From NCBI GenBank assembly GCA_046483985.1, contig JAWOCD010000044.1, positions 1-20,496 of the forward strand: a stretch of DNA of 20,496 nucleotides. Direction: 5' to 3'. The notes beneath the pieces were generated by a model. That model saw only the letters and a list, made by a program, of their open reading frames with translations. It had not been told where the DNA came from and made no database searches. Both the position numbers and the translations under genes were made by a program. This document shows positions 8,389 to 17,232 of this stretch, in pieces. The stretch comes from Promethearchaeia archaeon (GTDB lineage Archaea; Asgardarchaeota; Lokiarchaeia; Sigyniarchaeales; SOKP01). Every line of letters begins with the position of its first letter. Within the stretch, counting starts at the first letter, position 1.

Positions 8389-11256
8389 ATGGAAAAAAAC
8401 AATTTTAAAGCTCATTCGTTAGAAGTTGACAAAATTGAGGAGTTAACAAATACGGATATTGAAACGGGATTAACAGAAAAGGAAGTAGAGAATCGTCTAC
8501 AAAAATACGGGACAAATGAGTTAGAAAAACGAGAAGGCGTGTCCGCGTGGGCAATTTTTATCAGTCAATTCAAGGATTTTTTAATCTATCTTTTATTCTT
8601 TGCAATTGCAGTTTCATTGGTGGTTGGGTTTTATGAATTATCAAAAGGAGAACAGCCAACAGAATTCTTAGATGCTTTAGTAATTTTTATAATTCTGATC
8701 GTAAATGCGATTTTAGGATTTTATCAAGAATTTAAAGCGGAGAAATCACTAGAAGAATTGAAAAAAATGGCGCCTCATGATGCAAAAGTAAGACGTGAGG
8801 GAAAAGTTAAAAAAATTGATGTAAAAAACATTGTCCCGGGCGATATATTACTCTTAGAAGAGGGAGATAAAGTACCCGCAGATGCCAGATTATTCAAAGG
8901 CTATTCCTTGTATATTGATGAGGCAATACTCACCGGAGAGTCAAATCCAGTTCATAAAAAGCTAAAAGTATGTGAGGAAAAAACCATACTCGGTGACCAG
9001 AGGAATATGATTTTTAGCGGTACAATTGTGACCCGTGGAAATGGAGAAGGAATCGTAGTAGGGACAGGAATGAGTACAGAAATAGGAAAAATCGCAGAAA
9101 GCTTACAAAAGGAGAAACAAGAGGCCAGCCCCTTTCAAGTCGAAGTTGATAAGTTTGGTAAATTATTAGGGAAATTCATACTACTTCTATGTGCTATTGT
9201 TTTTATCGTTGAGTTAATCACAATTATTATCGTAGATGTAGATGCGATGGTAATCAGTGAAGAGGAAATTGAGCAAATTATAACTGCCCTCACAATAGCT
9301 ATTAGTTTAGCTGTATCCGCGGTACCAGAAGGGCTTGTCGTGGTTATTACTGTCGTGATGAGCATCGGAATGCGAAAGATGGCTGAACGGAATGCCTTAG
9401 TCAAAACCCTCACCGCTGTTGAAACGTTAGGACGCGTAAATATAATTTGTTCTGATAAAACGGGAACTCTTACGAAAAACGAAATGACGGTAAAGAAGAT
9501 ATATATGGGAGGAAAGGAATATGATGTAGAGGGTGTCGGTTATGCAATAAAAGGAAGAATATTGGACGATTCCGGTGAACCCGTGGAAATGGATGAATAC
9601 CTGAGGCGATATTTGGAAGTGTGTAGATACTGTAATAATGCAGTTGTGAACCCTAAAGAGGATGGGACTAAAAACACCGATGTTATAGGGGATCCCACTG
9701 AAATATCGCTAAAAGTGTTAGCCATGAAGGAGGGGTTTAAAGAAGATGTTGAAAAACTCGATGAAATCCCTTTTAATTCCGACAGGAAAATGATGTCAGT
9801 AGTGGCAAAAATCGATGGACAACTCTTTGGCTTAATCAAGGGGGCACCCGATGTTTTAATGGAAAAAGCGGGAAAAGCTGTAGATGATGGCGAAATTAAG
9901 GCAATCTCAGAGGTCAAAGATAAAATTCTTGAGCGGAATGAAAAATTTGGAAAGAATGCCCTTCGTGTTTTGGGAATTGCCTATAAACCTTTAGAAGAGG
10001 ATTACGATATTGACACAATTGAAGAAGATTTTACTTACTTGGGATTGGCGGGAATTATTGATCCAGCAAGAGACGAAGTAAAAGCTTCTATTAAAGAAGC
10101 AAGAATGGCGGGAATAAGAACGATTATGATCACCGGAGATCACGAAGTTACAGCAGTTGCCATCGCTCAAGAGATTGGATTAACGGATCGGGATAATGCA
10201 ATCACGGGTACTGAATTGGAAGAAATGACAGACGAAGAATTGAGTAAAAGAGTAGATGGGGTGGATGTTTTTGCACGCGTAACGTCCGACCACAAACTAA
10301 GAATCCTAAAAATCCTCAAATCAAAGGATAAAATCGTTTCAATGACCGGAGATGGGGTAAATGATGCTCCCGCAGTAAAAGGTGCAAATGTCGGAGTTTC
10401 CATGGGAATTAAAGGAACTGAAGTAACCCAAGAAGCATCGGATATGATTCTATTGGATGATAACTATTCGACAATCGTAAATGCGATCGAAGAAGGAAGG
10501 GGAATTTTCGAAACAACAAAAGGATTCTTTCGTTATATGTTAAGTACCAATTTTGATGAAATATTCTTAATTTTAGTGGCATACGTTCTTGCTAAAATTT
10601 CCGTGAATATGTCGGGAATCTTTTTTGGATTTCCGCTCCAACCCATTCAGATTTTATGGCTAAATATTGCCACAGACGGAATTCCGGCTATGGTTCTTGG
10701 ATTTACGCCCACCGATCCAGATGTTATGAAAGATAAACCGCGTGAAGGATTTACATTAATTGAGGAAATAAAAGGACCTGTATTATTGCTTGGAGTTTAT
10801 ACAGCTATTACGGATATTACACTATATGTATTATTATGGACTGTCCTAATACCCGCATGGGCTGAAGCTGGAATTGATCCGAATTTGACAATGGAATTTA
10901 TGAAGGCAGGGACTGAGGCACGCTCATACGCAATTTCATTAAGTCAGACGATTCTTTTCACAAACTTGGTAATTTGCGAGTTAATGTTTGTATTTGCATG
11001 CCCTTCTAATATAAAACCATTTTATCTCTTTCCGAACAAGCACTTATTCTGGGCTACAGGTATTTCGTTTATATTACAGTTAGTTATTCTATACACACCG
11101 TTGGGAATTGCGTTCCATGTTGTACCACTAATACATCCATATTACTGGATAGCTGCGTTTCTTGGAGCGTTTAGTGTGTTCTTGGTAGATGAGATAAGAA
11201 AATACCTGAGACGGAGAAAAAGAAGAGATCGAGAAACAAATCTACTCACTCTATAA
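8389..11256 (+). CDS. P-type IIA (SERCA/PMR1-like) cation-transporting ATPase, paralog 2
   Basis: Same full motif set as 4678-7530, with long identical peptide stretches; 955 aa. Confidence 0.95.
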   Translation: MEKNNFKAHSLEVDKIEELTNTDIETGLTEKEVENRLQKYGTNELEKREGVSAWAIFISQFKDFLIYLLFFAIAVSLVVGFYELSKGEQPTEFLDALVIFIILIVNAILGFYQEFKAEKSLEELKKMAPHDAKVRREGKVKKIDVKNIVPGDILLLEEGDKVPADARLFKGYSLYIDEAILTGESNPVHKKLKVCEEKTILGDQRNMIFSGTIVTRGNGEGIVVGTGMSTEIGKIAESLQKEKQEASPFQVEVDKFGKLLGKFILLLCAIVFIVELITIIIVDVDAMVISEEEIEQIITALTIAISLAVSAVPEGLVVVITVVMSIGMRKMAERNALVKTLTAVETLGRVNIICSDKTGTLTKNEMTVKKIYMGGKEYDVEGVGYAIKGRILDDSGEPVEMDEYLRRYLEVCRYCNNAVVNPKEDGTKNTDVIGDPTEISLKVLAMKEGFKEDVEKLDEIPFNSDRKMMSVVAKIDGQLFGLIKGAPDVLMEKAGKAVDDGEIKAISEVKDKILERNEKFGKNALRVLGIAYKPLEEDYDIDTIEEDFTYLGLAGIIDPARDEVKASIKEARMAGIRTIMITGDHEVTAVAIAQEIGLTDRDNAITGTELEEMTDEELSKRVDGVDVFARVTSDHKLRILKILKSKDKIVSMTGDGVNDAPAVKGANVGVSMGIKGTEVTQEASDMILLDDNYSTIVNAIEEGRGIFETTKGFFRYMLSTNFDEIFLILVAYVLAKISVNMSGIFFGFPLQPIQILWLNIATDGIPAMVLGFTPTDPDVMKDKPREGFTLIEEIKGPVLLLGVYTAITDITLYVLLWTVLIPAWAEAGIDPNLTMEFMKAGTEARSYAISLSQTILFTNLVICELMFVFACPSNIKPFYLFPNKHLFWATGISFILQLVILYTPLGIAFHVVPLIHPYYWIAAFLGAFSVFLVDEIRKYLRRRKRRDRETNLLTL

Positions 11257-11270
11257 AGAACTGACCTTTA

Positions 11271-11288
11271 TTTTTTTTTTTTTTTTTT
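11271..11288 (+). terminator. Oligo-T (T18) terminator
   Basis: T18 tract 14 bp after the ATPase 2 stop. Confidence 0.65.
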
Positions 11289-11399
11289 ATTTTTTGTCTT
11301 GTAAATCTTTTAACCCGCTTGGCTAGATATTTAACTAAATTTTAATTAACCTATTCTTAAAAATAATAGAATCTTTTAATCCTTCCCAGAATTTGTGCT

Positions 11400-12491
11400 T
11401 CAATTTCCCTCAGAAAGATTATCCCCTAGACTTTGAAAAACCAAGTCAATTCCTATGAGTTTAAATGCGTCTTGTACGTTGACATTTTCCAGTGCTGAGG
11501 TTTCAATGAATAAACTTCGGATTTTTTCGGATTGGGTAAATCCTTCTTCCTTGGAGACCTCTCGTTGGTCTTCTAAATCGATTTTATTGCCCACTAAGAC
11601 AAAGGGAATGTTTCCCAGTTCTTTTCGAGCATCTTTGTACCAGAAATTGAGTGCCTCGTCAAAGGTTTCCGGGCGGGTCACATCATAGACAATAAACGCG
11701 CAGTTTGCGCCTTCATAGTAGTCGTGTCGTACACGTTTGAAGAAATCCTGACCCGCCAGGTCATAGATAAGGAATTTGACTTTATCGTCTTTAAATCCTT
11801 GAAGATAATAATCCTTTTTCGAAATTGCGGTTCCTAAGGTGGGGCGATAATCAAGCACCCTCTCATTCTTTAGGAAACTATTCACCAAGGTGGTCTTTCC
11901 CACCGCTTTAGAGCCAAGTAGGATTAGTTTGAAATATCGGGGACGGGATTTGGTGGTTTGAATATGATGACTCATCTTTATATTTTCACCCTCCACTTCC
12001 GGATCTTTTACTGCAAAATTGGACAGCTTTAGGTTGTAATCGTCGGCGATTTTCAAATCCGGAATGCTAAGCGATTGGTATTTTGGGTCGAAACTGTCCT
12101 CTAAAATTTCAGCTATCTTCTCGACAACCAAGTAGGCAACGGTAAATAATTTGTTTAAATCGGTGTGATAACTGCAAACACATAATAAAATTGCATCCGG
12201 ACCCGCTTCCAAATAGATGATACGATGGTCGGGCGTTTCAAAGGAGCCCGTCCCAAAACTTCCAATCTCATATTCCGTAGAAATTCGCTCTAATAAGCTT
12301 TCAATCTGGGCACTGATAGCTCCATGAATCGCATCTATATCATCATCATTTAATGTGGTTTCAGCAATTTTCCCGAATTTTTCAATAAGCAATCCCTCTC
12401 GTGAGTAAATAAATGCCATCTGCAGATCATCTTGGGAGAGGACAAAATTCTTTAATAATGTAGAGAGCCTTTTTTGTTTAGTGATAACCAT
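11400..12491 (-). CDS. Roadblock/LC7 domain fused to a Rab-like small GTPase
   Basis: The N-terminal 130 aa or so show a roadblock pattern (AFIYSREGLLI..GAISA..RIIYLEAGPDAILLCV). The C-terminal domain has G1 GSKAVGKT, G2 YRPTLG, G3 DLAGQ, G4 NKID and G5 ETSAL. Confidence 0.9.
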   Translation of the reverse strand: MVITKQKRLSTLLKNFVLSQDDLQMAFIYSREGLLIEKFGKIAETTLNDDDIDAIHGAISAQIESLLERISTEYEIGSFGTGSFETPDHRIIYLEAGPDAILLCVCSYHTDLNKLFTVAYLVVEKIAEILEDSFDPKYQSLSIPDLKIADDYNLKLSNFAVKDPEVEGENIKMSHHIQTTKSRPRYFKLILLGSKAVGKTTLVNSFLKNERVLDYRPTLGTAISKKDYYLQGFKDDKVKFLIYDLAGQDFFKRVRHDYYEGANCAFIVYDVTRPETFDEALNFWYKDARKELGNIPFVLVGNKIDLEDQREVSKEEGFTQSEKIRSLFIETSALENVNVQDAFKLIGIDLVFQSLGDNLSEGN

Positions 12492-12697
12492 ATGTCTTTC
12501 AAATACCTTCTTTCAAATAAACCATATTTTAGTTTCTGATCTAATTTTTGGTTACAATCGTATTTAATTTTTAATGAAAAATTTGGGAGCCGCGCCTTCT
12601 TTTTTGAAAAATTTTAAATTTTTAACTAAATTATCCTTTATTAAATATTTCAATCTGAAGTTTATCTGTTCTAAATTTTGAAGAAGTGAAGCAAATA

Positions 12698-13387
12698 ATG
12701 AATATCTCGCAAGTAATAAATAAAAAAAAGGAGATGGGGCAGACCGTACTTACGGAGTTTGAATCAAAAGAATTACTCCAAGAAATCGGAATTCCCATTC
12801 CCGCCCAAAAACTGACAAAGACCAAAGAAGAGACCGTGCAAGCCGCGGATGACATGGGATATCCGGTCGTAATGAAATTAATGGCAGAGGATATCGTGCA
12901 TAAGTCCGATTCGGGAGCCGTAAAGTTGGACATTCAAAACGGCGAAGAGGCGGCGAACGCCTATGAGGAGTTAATGCAAATTCCCGCAGAGTCCGAAAAG
13001 AAAGTATCCGTTCAGCAAATGGCAAAAGAGCCCATCACCGAACTGATCATCGGGATGACCACCGACCCGCAGTTTGGACCCAGCTTGATGTTCGGCATTG
13101 GAGGAATCTTGGTCGAGCTGTTAGAGGATGTCAGCTTTCGCATCGCCCCCATTACCGAATACGATGCAAGGGAAATGATTCACGAGATTAAAGGGTTTCC
13201 GCTTTTAGACGGGTACCGCGGAAAACCGAAAGCGGATATCGATGCCATCGTGGAGGTCTTGATGAAGATCTCGGATTTAGTAATGGAACACGAAGAGATT
13301 TACGAGATGGACTTGAATCCCGTGTTTATCTACGAGGATGGGATCAGCTGCGTTGATGCCCGCATTATCTTGAAAGAAAAAGATTGA
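12698..13387 (+). CDS. acdB: Acetate/acyl-CoA ligase (ADP-forming) beta subunit, ATP-grasp
   Basis: Motifs LTEFESKELL, GYPVVMK, HKSDSGAVKL, DPQFGP..MFGIGG, DVSFRIAP, EMDLNPV and VDARI. ATG 12698 is preferred over GTG 12686. Confidence 0.9.
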   Translation: MNISQVINKKKEMGQTVLTEFESKELLQEIGIPIPAQKLTKTKEETVQAADDMGYPVVMKLMAEDIVHKSDSGAVKLDIQNGEEAANAYEELMQIPAESEKKVSVQQMAKEPITELIIGMTTDPQFGPSLMFGIGGILVELLEDVSFRIAPITEYDAREMIHEIKGFPLLDGYRGKPKADIDAIVEVLMKISDLVMEHEEIYEMDLNPVFIYEDGISCVDARIILKEKD

Positions 13388-13494
13388 AGTCACTCATTTT
13401 TTACTTATATTCTAAATAGTGATAATTTTAAAATAGTAAAAAATCTGTTTATATAATAAATTAAATTATTCAAGATTTAGATTTTATTTAAGAT

Positions 13495-13914
13495 ATGGAA
13501 AAGCAGAGGATACTACGTTATCGGGAAAAATTTGATTTTGTTCAAGAGAAAATTCAATATTTCAATATAAAACCGGAAAAGAAACTCGAAAAATGGGGTT
13601 TGTTCTATGCGGTTCAAACGTCCATAGAATCAATTTATGATTTAATCGCAATGCTTGTAAAAGATATAGGTTTACAAGTTAAAGATGACGAAAATAATGT
13701 TAATGCTTTAATAAATGAAAGAAATTTAGATCCAGAAATAGGTAAACAACTAAAAGATGCAAAAGGAATGAGAAATGTCATAGTTCACCAGTATAACGGC
13801 GTTAATGAACAAATTGTCCTGGAGTCTCTCCCAACATTGAAATCATTAATTAAGACATGGCTGAATGAAATTGAGGTGATTTTGAATGAAATCGGAGTTA
13901 AAAACCAAGATTAA
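13495..13914 (+). CDS. hepT: HepT-like (DUF86) HEPN RNase toxin
   Basis: The RNVIVHQY sequence fits the RX4HXY motif; 139 aa; overlaps the downstream MNT gene. Confidence 0.85.
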   Translation: MEKQRILRYREKFDFVQEKIQYFNIKPEKKLEKWGLFYAVQTSIESIYDLIAMLVKDIGLQVKDDENNVNALINERNLDPEIGKQLKDAKGMRNVIVHQYNGVNEQIVLESLPTLKSLIKTWLNEIEVILNEIGVKNQD

Positions 13915-14308
13915 GCAAGATTTACAAGAACTGGGGGACAAATACGAAGTGGTTGTATACGGGTCACATATAAGTGGAGGGACTCGTCCAAACTCGGATA
14001 TAGACATTGCACTTATTACCCGCGTTCATGATGAACAAAAAAACATCAAGATCTGGAAAAATATCATAAGCTATAACTTGCAGCCCTATGATATTAAGAT
14101 TTTTGAATTATTGCCGCTTCGAATTAAGATGTCAATTATTCATGATTATGAGGTCATTTTTGGCGAATTATTAGAGATCTCTGAATATTTTTATAAATAC
14201 CGGAAGATATGGGAGGATTGCAAGCATCGCATTTTTGCCAATCAGTTTCAAAGTATCCAGGCAAAACAAGAACAAAGAAAGAAGTATCTTGCACGTCATA
14301 ACAAATAA
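13886..14308 (+). CDS. mntA: Minimal nucleotidyltransferase (MntA-like antitoxin)
   Basis: YGS-X10-DID motif; overlaps the HEPN gene by 29 bp. Confidence 0.85.
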   Translation: MKSELKTKIKQDLQELGDKYEVVVYGSHISGGTRPNSDIDIALITRVHDEQKNIKIWKNIISYNLQPYDIKIFELLPLRIKMSIIHDYEVIFGELLEISEYFYKYRKIWEDCKHRIFANQFQSIQAKQEQRKKYLARHNK

Positions 14309-14318
14309 TAAATCCGGG

Positions 14319-14744
14319 TTAGAAAGGAGGAGAATACGTGACATTTACCTTTTTCTTCCCTCGTTCACGCCATTTTCTTAATTGCCTTTCGGGAATGGTA
14401 TTATAAAGAATATATCCTTCGCTGAAGATATGATGCAAAAATGAATTTCCCTGTAGGAGGTTTTTCTTCAATTCGGAAAAAGTAATGGTTTTTGGCTGGA
14501 CTAATCCTTCACTATATTTATACGATTGGAGGAATCGTTCTCTCCGGTCCGTAAACTCTTTATCATAAACACATAAAACATCTATATCGCTGCGCTGGGT
14601 ATATGTCCCTATGGCTAAGGAGCCAAATAAGAGGATTAATTTTAGATTTTCTTTCTCTATCGCATTAATAAAATTCTCCAGTTCATTAAGATGAGGATAA
14701 TTTTTCAATTTTTTCCTTAACGAATCTATTGATATACTCTGCAT
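14319..14744 (-). CDS. Minimal nucleotidyltransferase (MNT)
   Basis: LFGSLAIGTYTQRSDIDVL motif. The likely start is ATG 14744 (MQSISID), overlapping the upstream HEPN gene. Confidence 0.85.
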   Translation of the reverse strand: MQSISIDSLRKKLKNYPHLNELENFINAIEKENLKLILLFGSLAIGTYTQRSDIDVLCVYDKEFTDRRERFLQSYKYSEGLVQPKTITFSELKKNLLQGNSFLHHIFSEGYILYNTIPERQLRKWRERGKKKVNVTYSPPF

Positions 14745-15123
14745 ATTTAATGCACCTCTTTGCGACTTTTTTATTGTAATATTCTGCAGGGTGACCGCTC
14801 GCAAACCCGTTTGGATTTCGGGGTTGGATATAATGCCTATCCAATTCTTGACATCTTTCTTTTAAAGCTTTCTTTTCCTTTATAGGTTCTTCATCCACAT
14901 CTTCATAATTTCCTTTTAGTGCTTGATTTATTTCTTGAAACAAATGAATTAATCCGTGCCCCCACGAATCAATGTTTAAATATAAAAGAAAGGCTTTTAG
15001 ATATTTCTCCGCCGATTGCTGTGCTTGAAAACAGGCCCACTCAAAATGTTGCGTCTTTTCACTATCTTGTGCTGCATTAAGATCCTTTTCAGCTTGTTCC
15101 AGCCAGTCTTTATATCTTTTCAT
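14686..15123 (-). CDS. HEPN-domain protein
   Basis: WLEQAEKDL..A, WACFQAQQSAEKYLKA, WGHGL and LDRHYI motifs. Confidence 0.88.
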   Translation of the reverse strand: MKRYKDWLEQAEKDLNAAQDSEKTQHFEWACFQAQQSAEKYLKAFLLYLNIDSWGHGLIHLFQEINQALKGNYEDVDEEPIKEKKALKERCQELDRHYIQPRNPNGFASGHPAEYYNKKVAKRCIKYAEYINRFVKEKIEKLSSS

Positions 15124-15243
15124 GTTATTAACTCTATTGTTTTCTTCTTACTAATCTCTAGACAATATTACCTTTTAATTATACCTCTATGTTTCTTTTA
15201 AAAGGGATTTGAATGGCAATTTGGCATACTTATTTTACTATGG

Positions 15244-15284
15244 TTCCTATTAGGAAATATATAGGAAAAAACTTATATTTAAAT
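15244..15284 (+). promoter_or_regulatory. Palindromic operator-like site plus BRE/TATA-like promoter of the SDR gene
   Basis: TTCCTA-T-TAGGAA at 15244-15256, an extra TAGGAA at 15262-15267, then an A-run and TTATATTT at 15273-15280, about 55 bp before ATG 15335. Confidence 0.4.
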
Positions 15285-15334
15285 AAAACAGATACAGAAG
15301 TATAGAATAAAGTTAGAGATGATAATTAAAAAAT

Positions 15335-16408
15335 ATGTCAAACATCGGAAAACGAGCCTTGGTGACCGGGGCGTGCGGATTTTCTGGAAGTTATGTGGTT
15401 GATCTGCTCCTCCAAAAAGGCTGGGATGTGGTGGCAACCGATTTAAAAACCGCAGATCGAAGTGCTTTGGAGCAATTCGGGGACGAAATTGAATTTATTC
15501 CCGCAAATCTCACCGATAAAAAGTCGCTAAAGGCGACGGTGAAAGATATCGATACCGTCTTTCATACTGCGGCGGTTTTTAGTTATTCAGCGCCGATGGA
15601 TATATTGCGGGCGGTTAATGTGGAAGGCACGGAGAACTTAATCGAAGTAGCTATGGATGCCGGGGTAGAAAAAATGGTTACATGGAGTTCCGTGGCTTTA
15701 TACGGAACTGCAGATTCGGATTTTTATGAAATGCCAATTACCGAAGATCAAGAACTGAACCCGGAAAATGAGGGGAAATATGATATCAGTAAACGGGAAC
15801 AAGAAACCGCCGCCATGCGATATTATGAAGAAAATGGCTTTCCCATCTCGTTCATCAGACCCGCCCCCATGTATGGACCGAGATCATATTACGGAATGTA
15901 TACGCTTTTTAAGTATGTAAAGCAAGGGACGCTCTCCCTCTGCCCGCGCTACTTACATAAATATAATATTCCCTTAGTTCACGTGGAAGACGTAGCTGGG
16001 TCCGCCTTATTTCTTGCCGATAAGAACAAGTTCAATGGAGAGGCCTACAATGTTGTCGACGACTATGAGTTGGACATGGTACAGACCTTGAAATTCATCG
16101 CAAATCTGACAAATTCGACCATGAAAGTCATTTTGCCCATTCCATTGGTGATCTTTAAGCCGTTTCTCAAATTATTGGGAAAATGGTCATACTGGGAAGC
16201 ACAGCATCTCAGAAAAAAGATCAACGGAAAAGCACCAGTCCCCAAATTGGAGTCGGATTTATTGGTATATATGTTTGGCAATTATTTCTTTTCCAATGAA
16301 AAACTCAAGGACGCGGGCTATGAGTTTAAATATCCGGACCGACGGATTGGGTTAGTGGAGACATTGGTATGGTATGATAATAACGGGTGGAAACAGCCCC
16401 AAAAATAA
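15335..16408 (+). CDS. NAD-dependent epimerase/dehydratase (extended SDR, 3-beta-HSD-like)
   Basis: TGACGFSG Rossmann motif, HTAA, VNVEGT, SSVALYG, catalytic YDISK, RP..YGP and VHVEDVA. Confidence 0.9.
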   Translation: MSNIGKRALVTGACGFSGSYVVDLLLQKGWDVVATDLKTADRSALEQFGDEIEFIPANLTDKKSLKATVKDIDTVFHTAAVFSYSAPMDILRAVNVEGTENLIEVAMDAGVEKMVTWSSVALYGTADSDFYEMPITEDQELNPENEGKYDISKREQETAAMRYYEENGFPISFIRPAPMYGPRSYYGMYTLFKYVKQGTLSLCPRYLHKYNIPLVHVEDVAGSALFLADKNKFNGEAYNVVDDYELDMVQTLKFIANLTNSTMKVILPIPLVIFKPFLKLLGKWSYWEAQHLRKKINGKAPVPKLESDLLVYMFGNYFFSNEKLKDAGYEFKYPDRRIGLVETLVWYDNNGWKQPQK

Positions 16409-16423
16409 TGGAGGGATTATAAA

Positions 16424-16921
16424 ATGTCATTTTATTTAGATTGGTGGATGTTGATAGGGATTGGAGTGTTTATTGCTCTGCTCTGTCGGATTTTCTATAA
16501 GGAAGATAGTTTTCTCATGTATGAATTGGGTGCCTTGGCACTCGTGGTGTTTTTAACCTTTTCAATTGCGCTGTTTGCCGAATTAAACGCGTCCGAGCAC
16601 GGATTTTTGGGACTTTTAAATGAAACCTTTTTTGACATTGTCAAATGGATGTTTCCGGAATATTATGAAGCACATCCCGACGCTACCAGTGCAGAATTTA
16701 TGTTTACGTCGGCAGAACAGTGGTTAAAGGATTTGTATGAGAGTAACGGGTTTAAATTCAGTAATTTGCAAGATCTGACCCAAGGGAAAAATAAACTCCT
16801 GCTTTTCTTCGGCGTGGCCATGTTTTGCACTTATCCGGGATGGTTGATTCTGGGTGTCAAAATCGGGTTCTTATTATTCGGTCGGAAAACCGGAGATAAG
16901 GGACTACTCGGGTTACTCTAA
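16424..16921 (+). CDS. Hypothetical membrane protein (about 3 TM), probably co-transcribed with the SDR
   Basis: Three hydrophobic segments; GGAGG upstream; 15 bp from the SDR stop. Confidence 0.75.
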   Translation: MSFYLDWWMLIGIGVFIALLCRIFYKEDSFLMYELGALALVVFLTFSIALFAELNASEHGFLGLLNETFFDIVKWMFPEYYEAHPDATSAEFMFTSAEQWLKDLYESNGFKFSNLQDLTQGKNKLLLFFGVAMFCTYPGWLILGVKIGFLLFGRKTGDKGLLGLL

Positions 16922-16966
16922 AACGTGAGAAAACTCAACTTCTCAAGCAAAACTAATTTCTTTCTT

Positions 16967-17020
16967 TTTTCATTTTCATTTCCATTTTCATTTCCATTTT
17001 CATTTCCATTTCCATTTTCA
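16967..17020. repeat. Hexamer microsatellite (TTTYCA)x9
   Basis: Nine contiguous TTTTCA/TTTCCA units flanked by T-runs. Confidence 0.9.
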
Positions 17021-17232
17021 TTTTTTTCCTTAGTGTGCGCATTATCGGGTGAGATTTATTGTTGATCTTAGTTTATTATAGGTCCCCAGAAAGTTCTACG
17101 GTTCATTCCAAATGAATCCCGAAATTAAATCTCAATTCAAATATAGATTAAACAATTTAAACTAGAGATAGAAGAAGCAAATAAATAAGATATGAATCTG
17201 AATATGATAAATTAAATAAAATAATAAAAAAG

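Noticed and set aside
11400-13387. TGA stops of the GTPase and acdB as Sec codons
   Set aside because: Both proteins are complete at those stops, and I saw no SECIS-like hairpin downstream.
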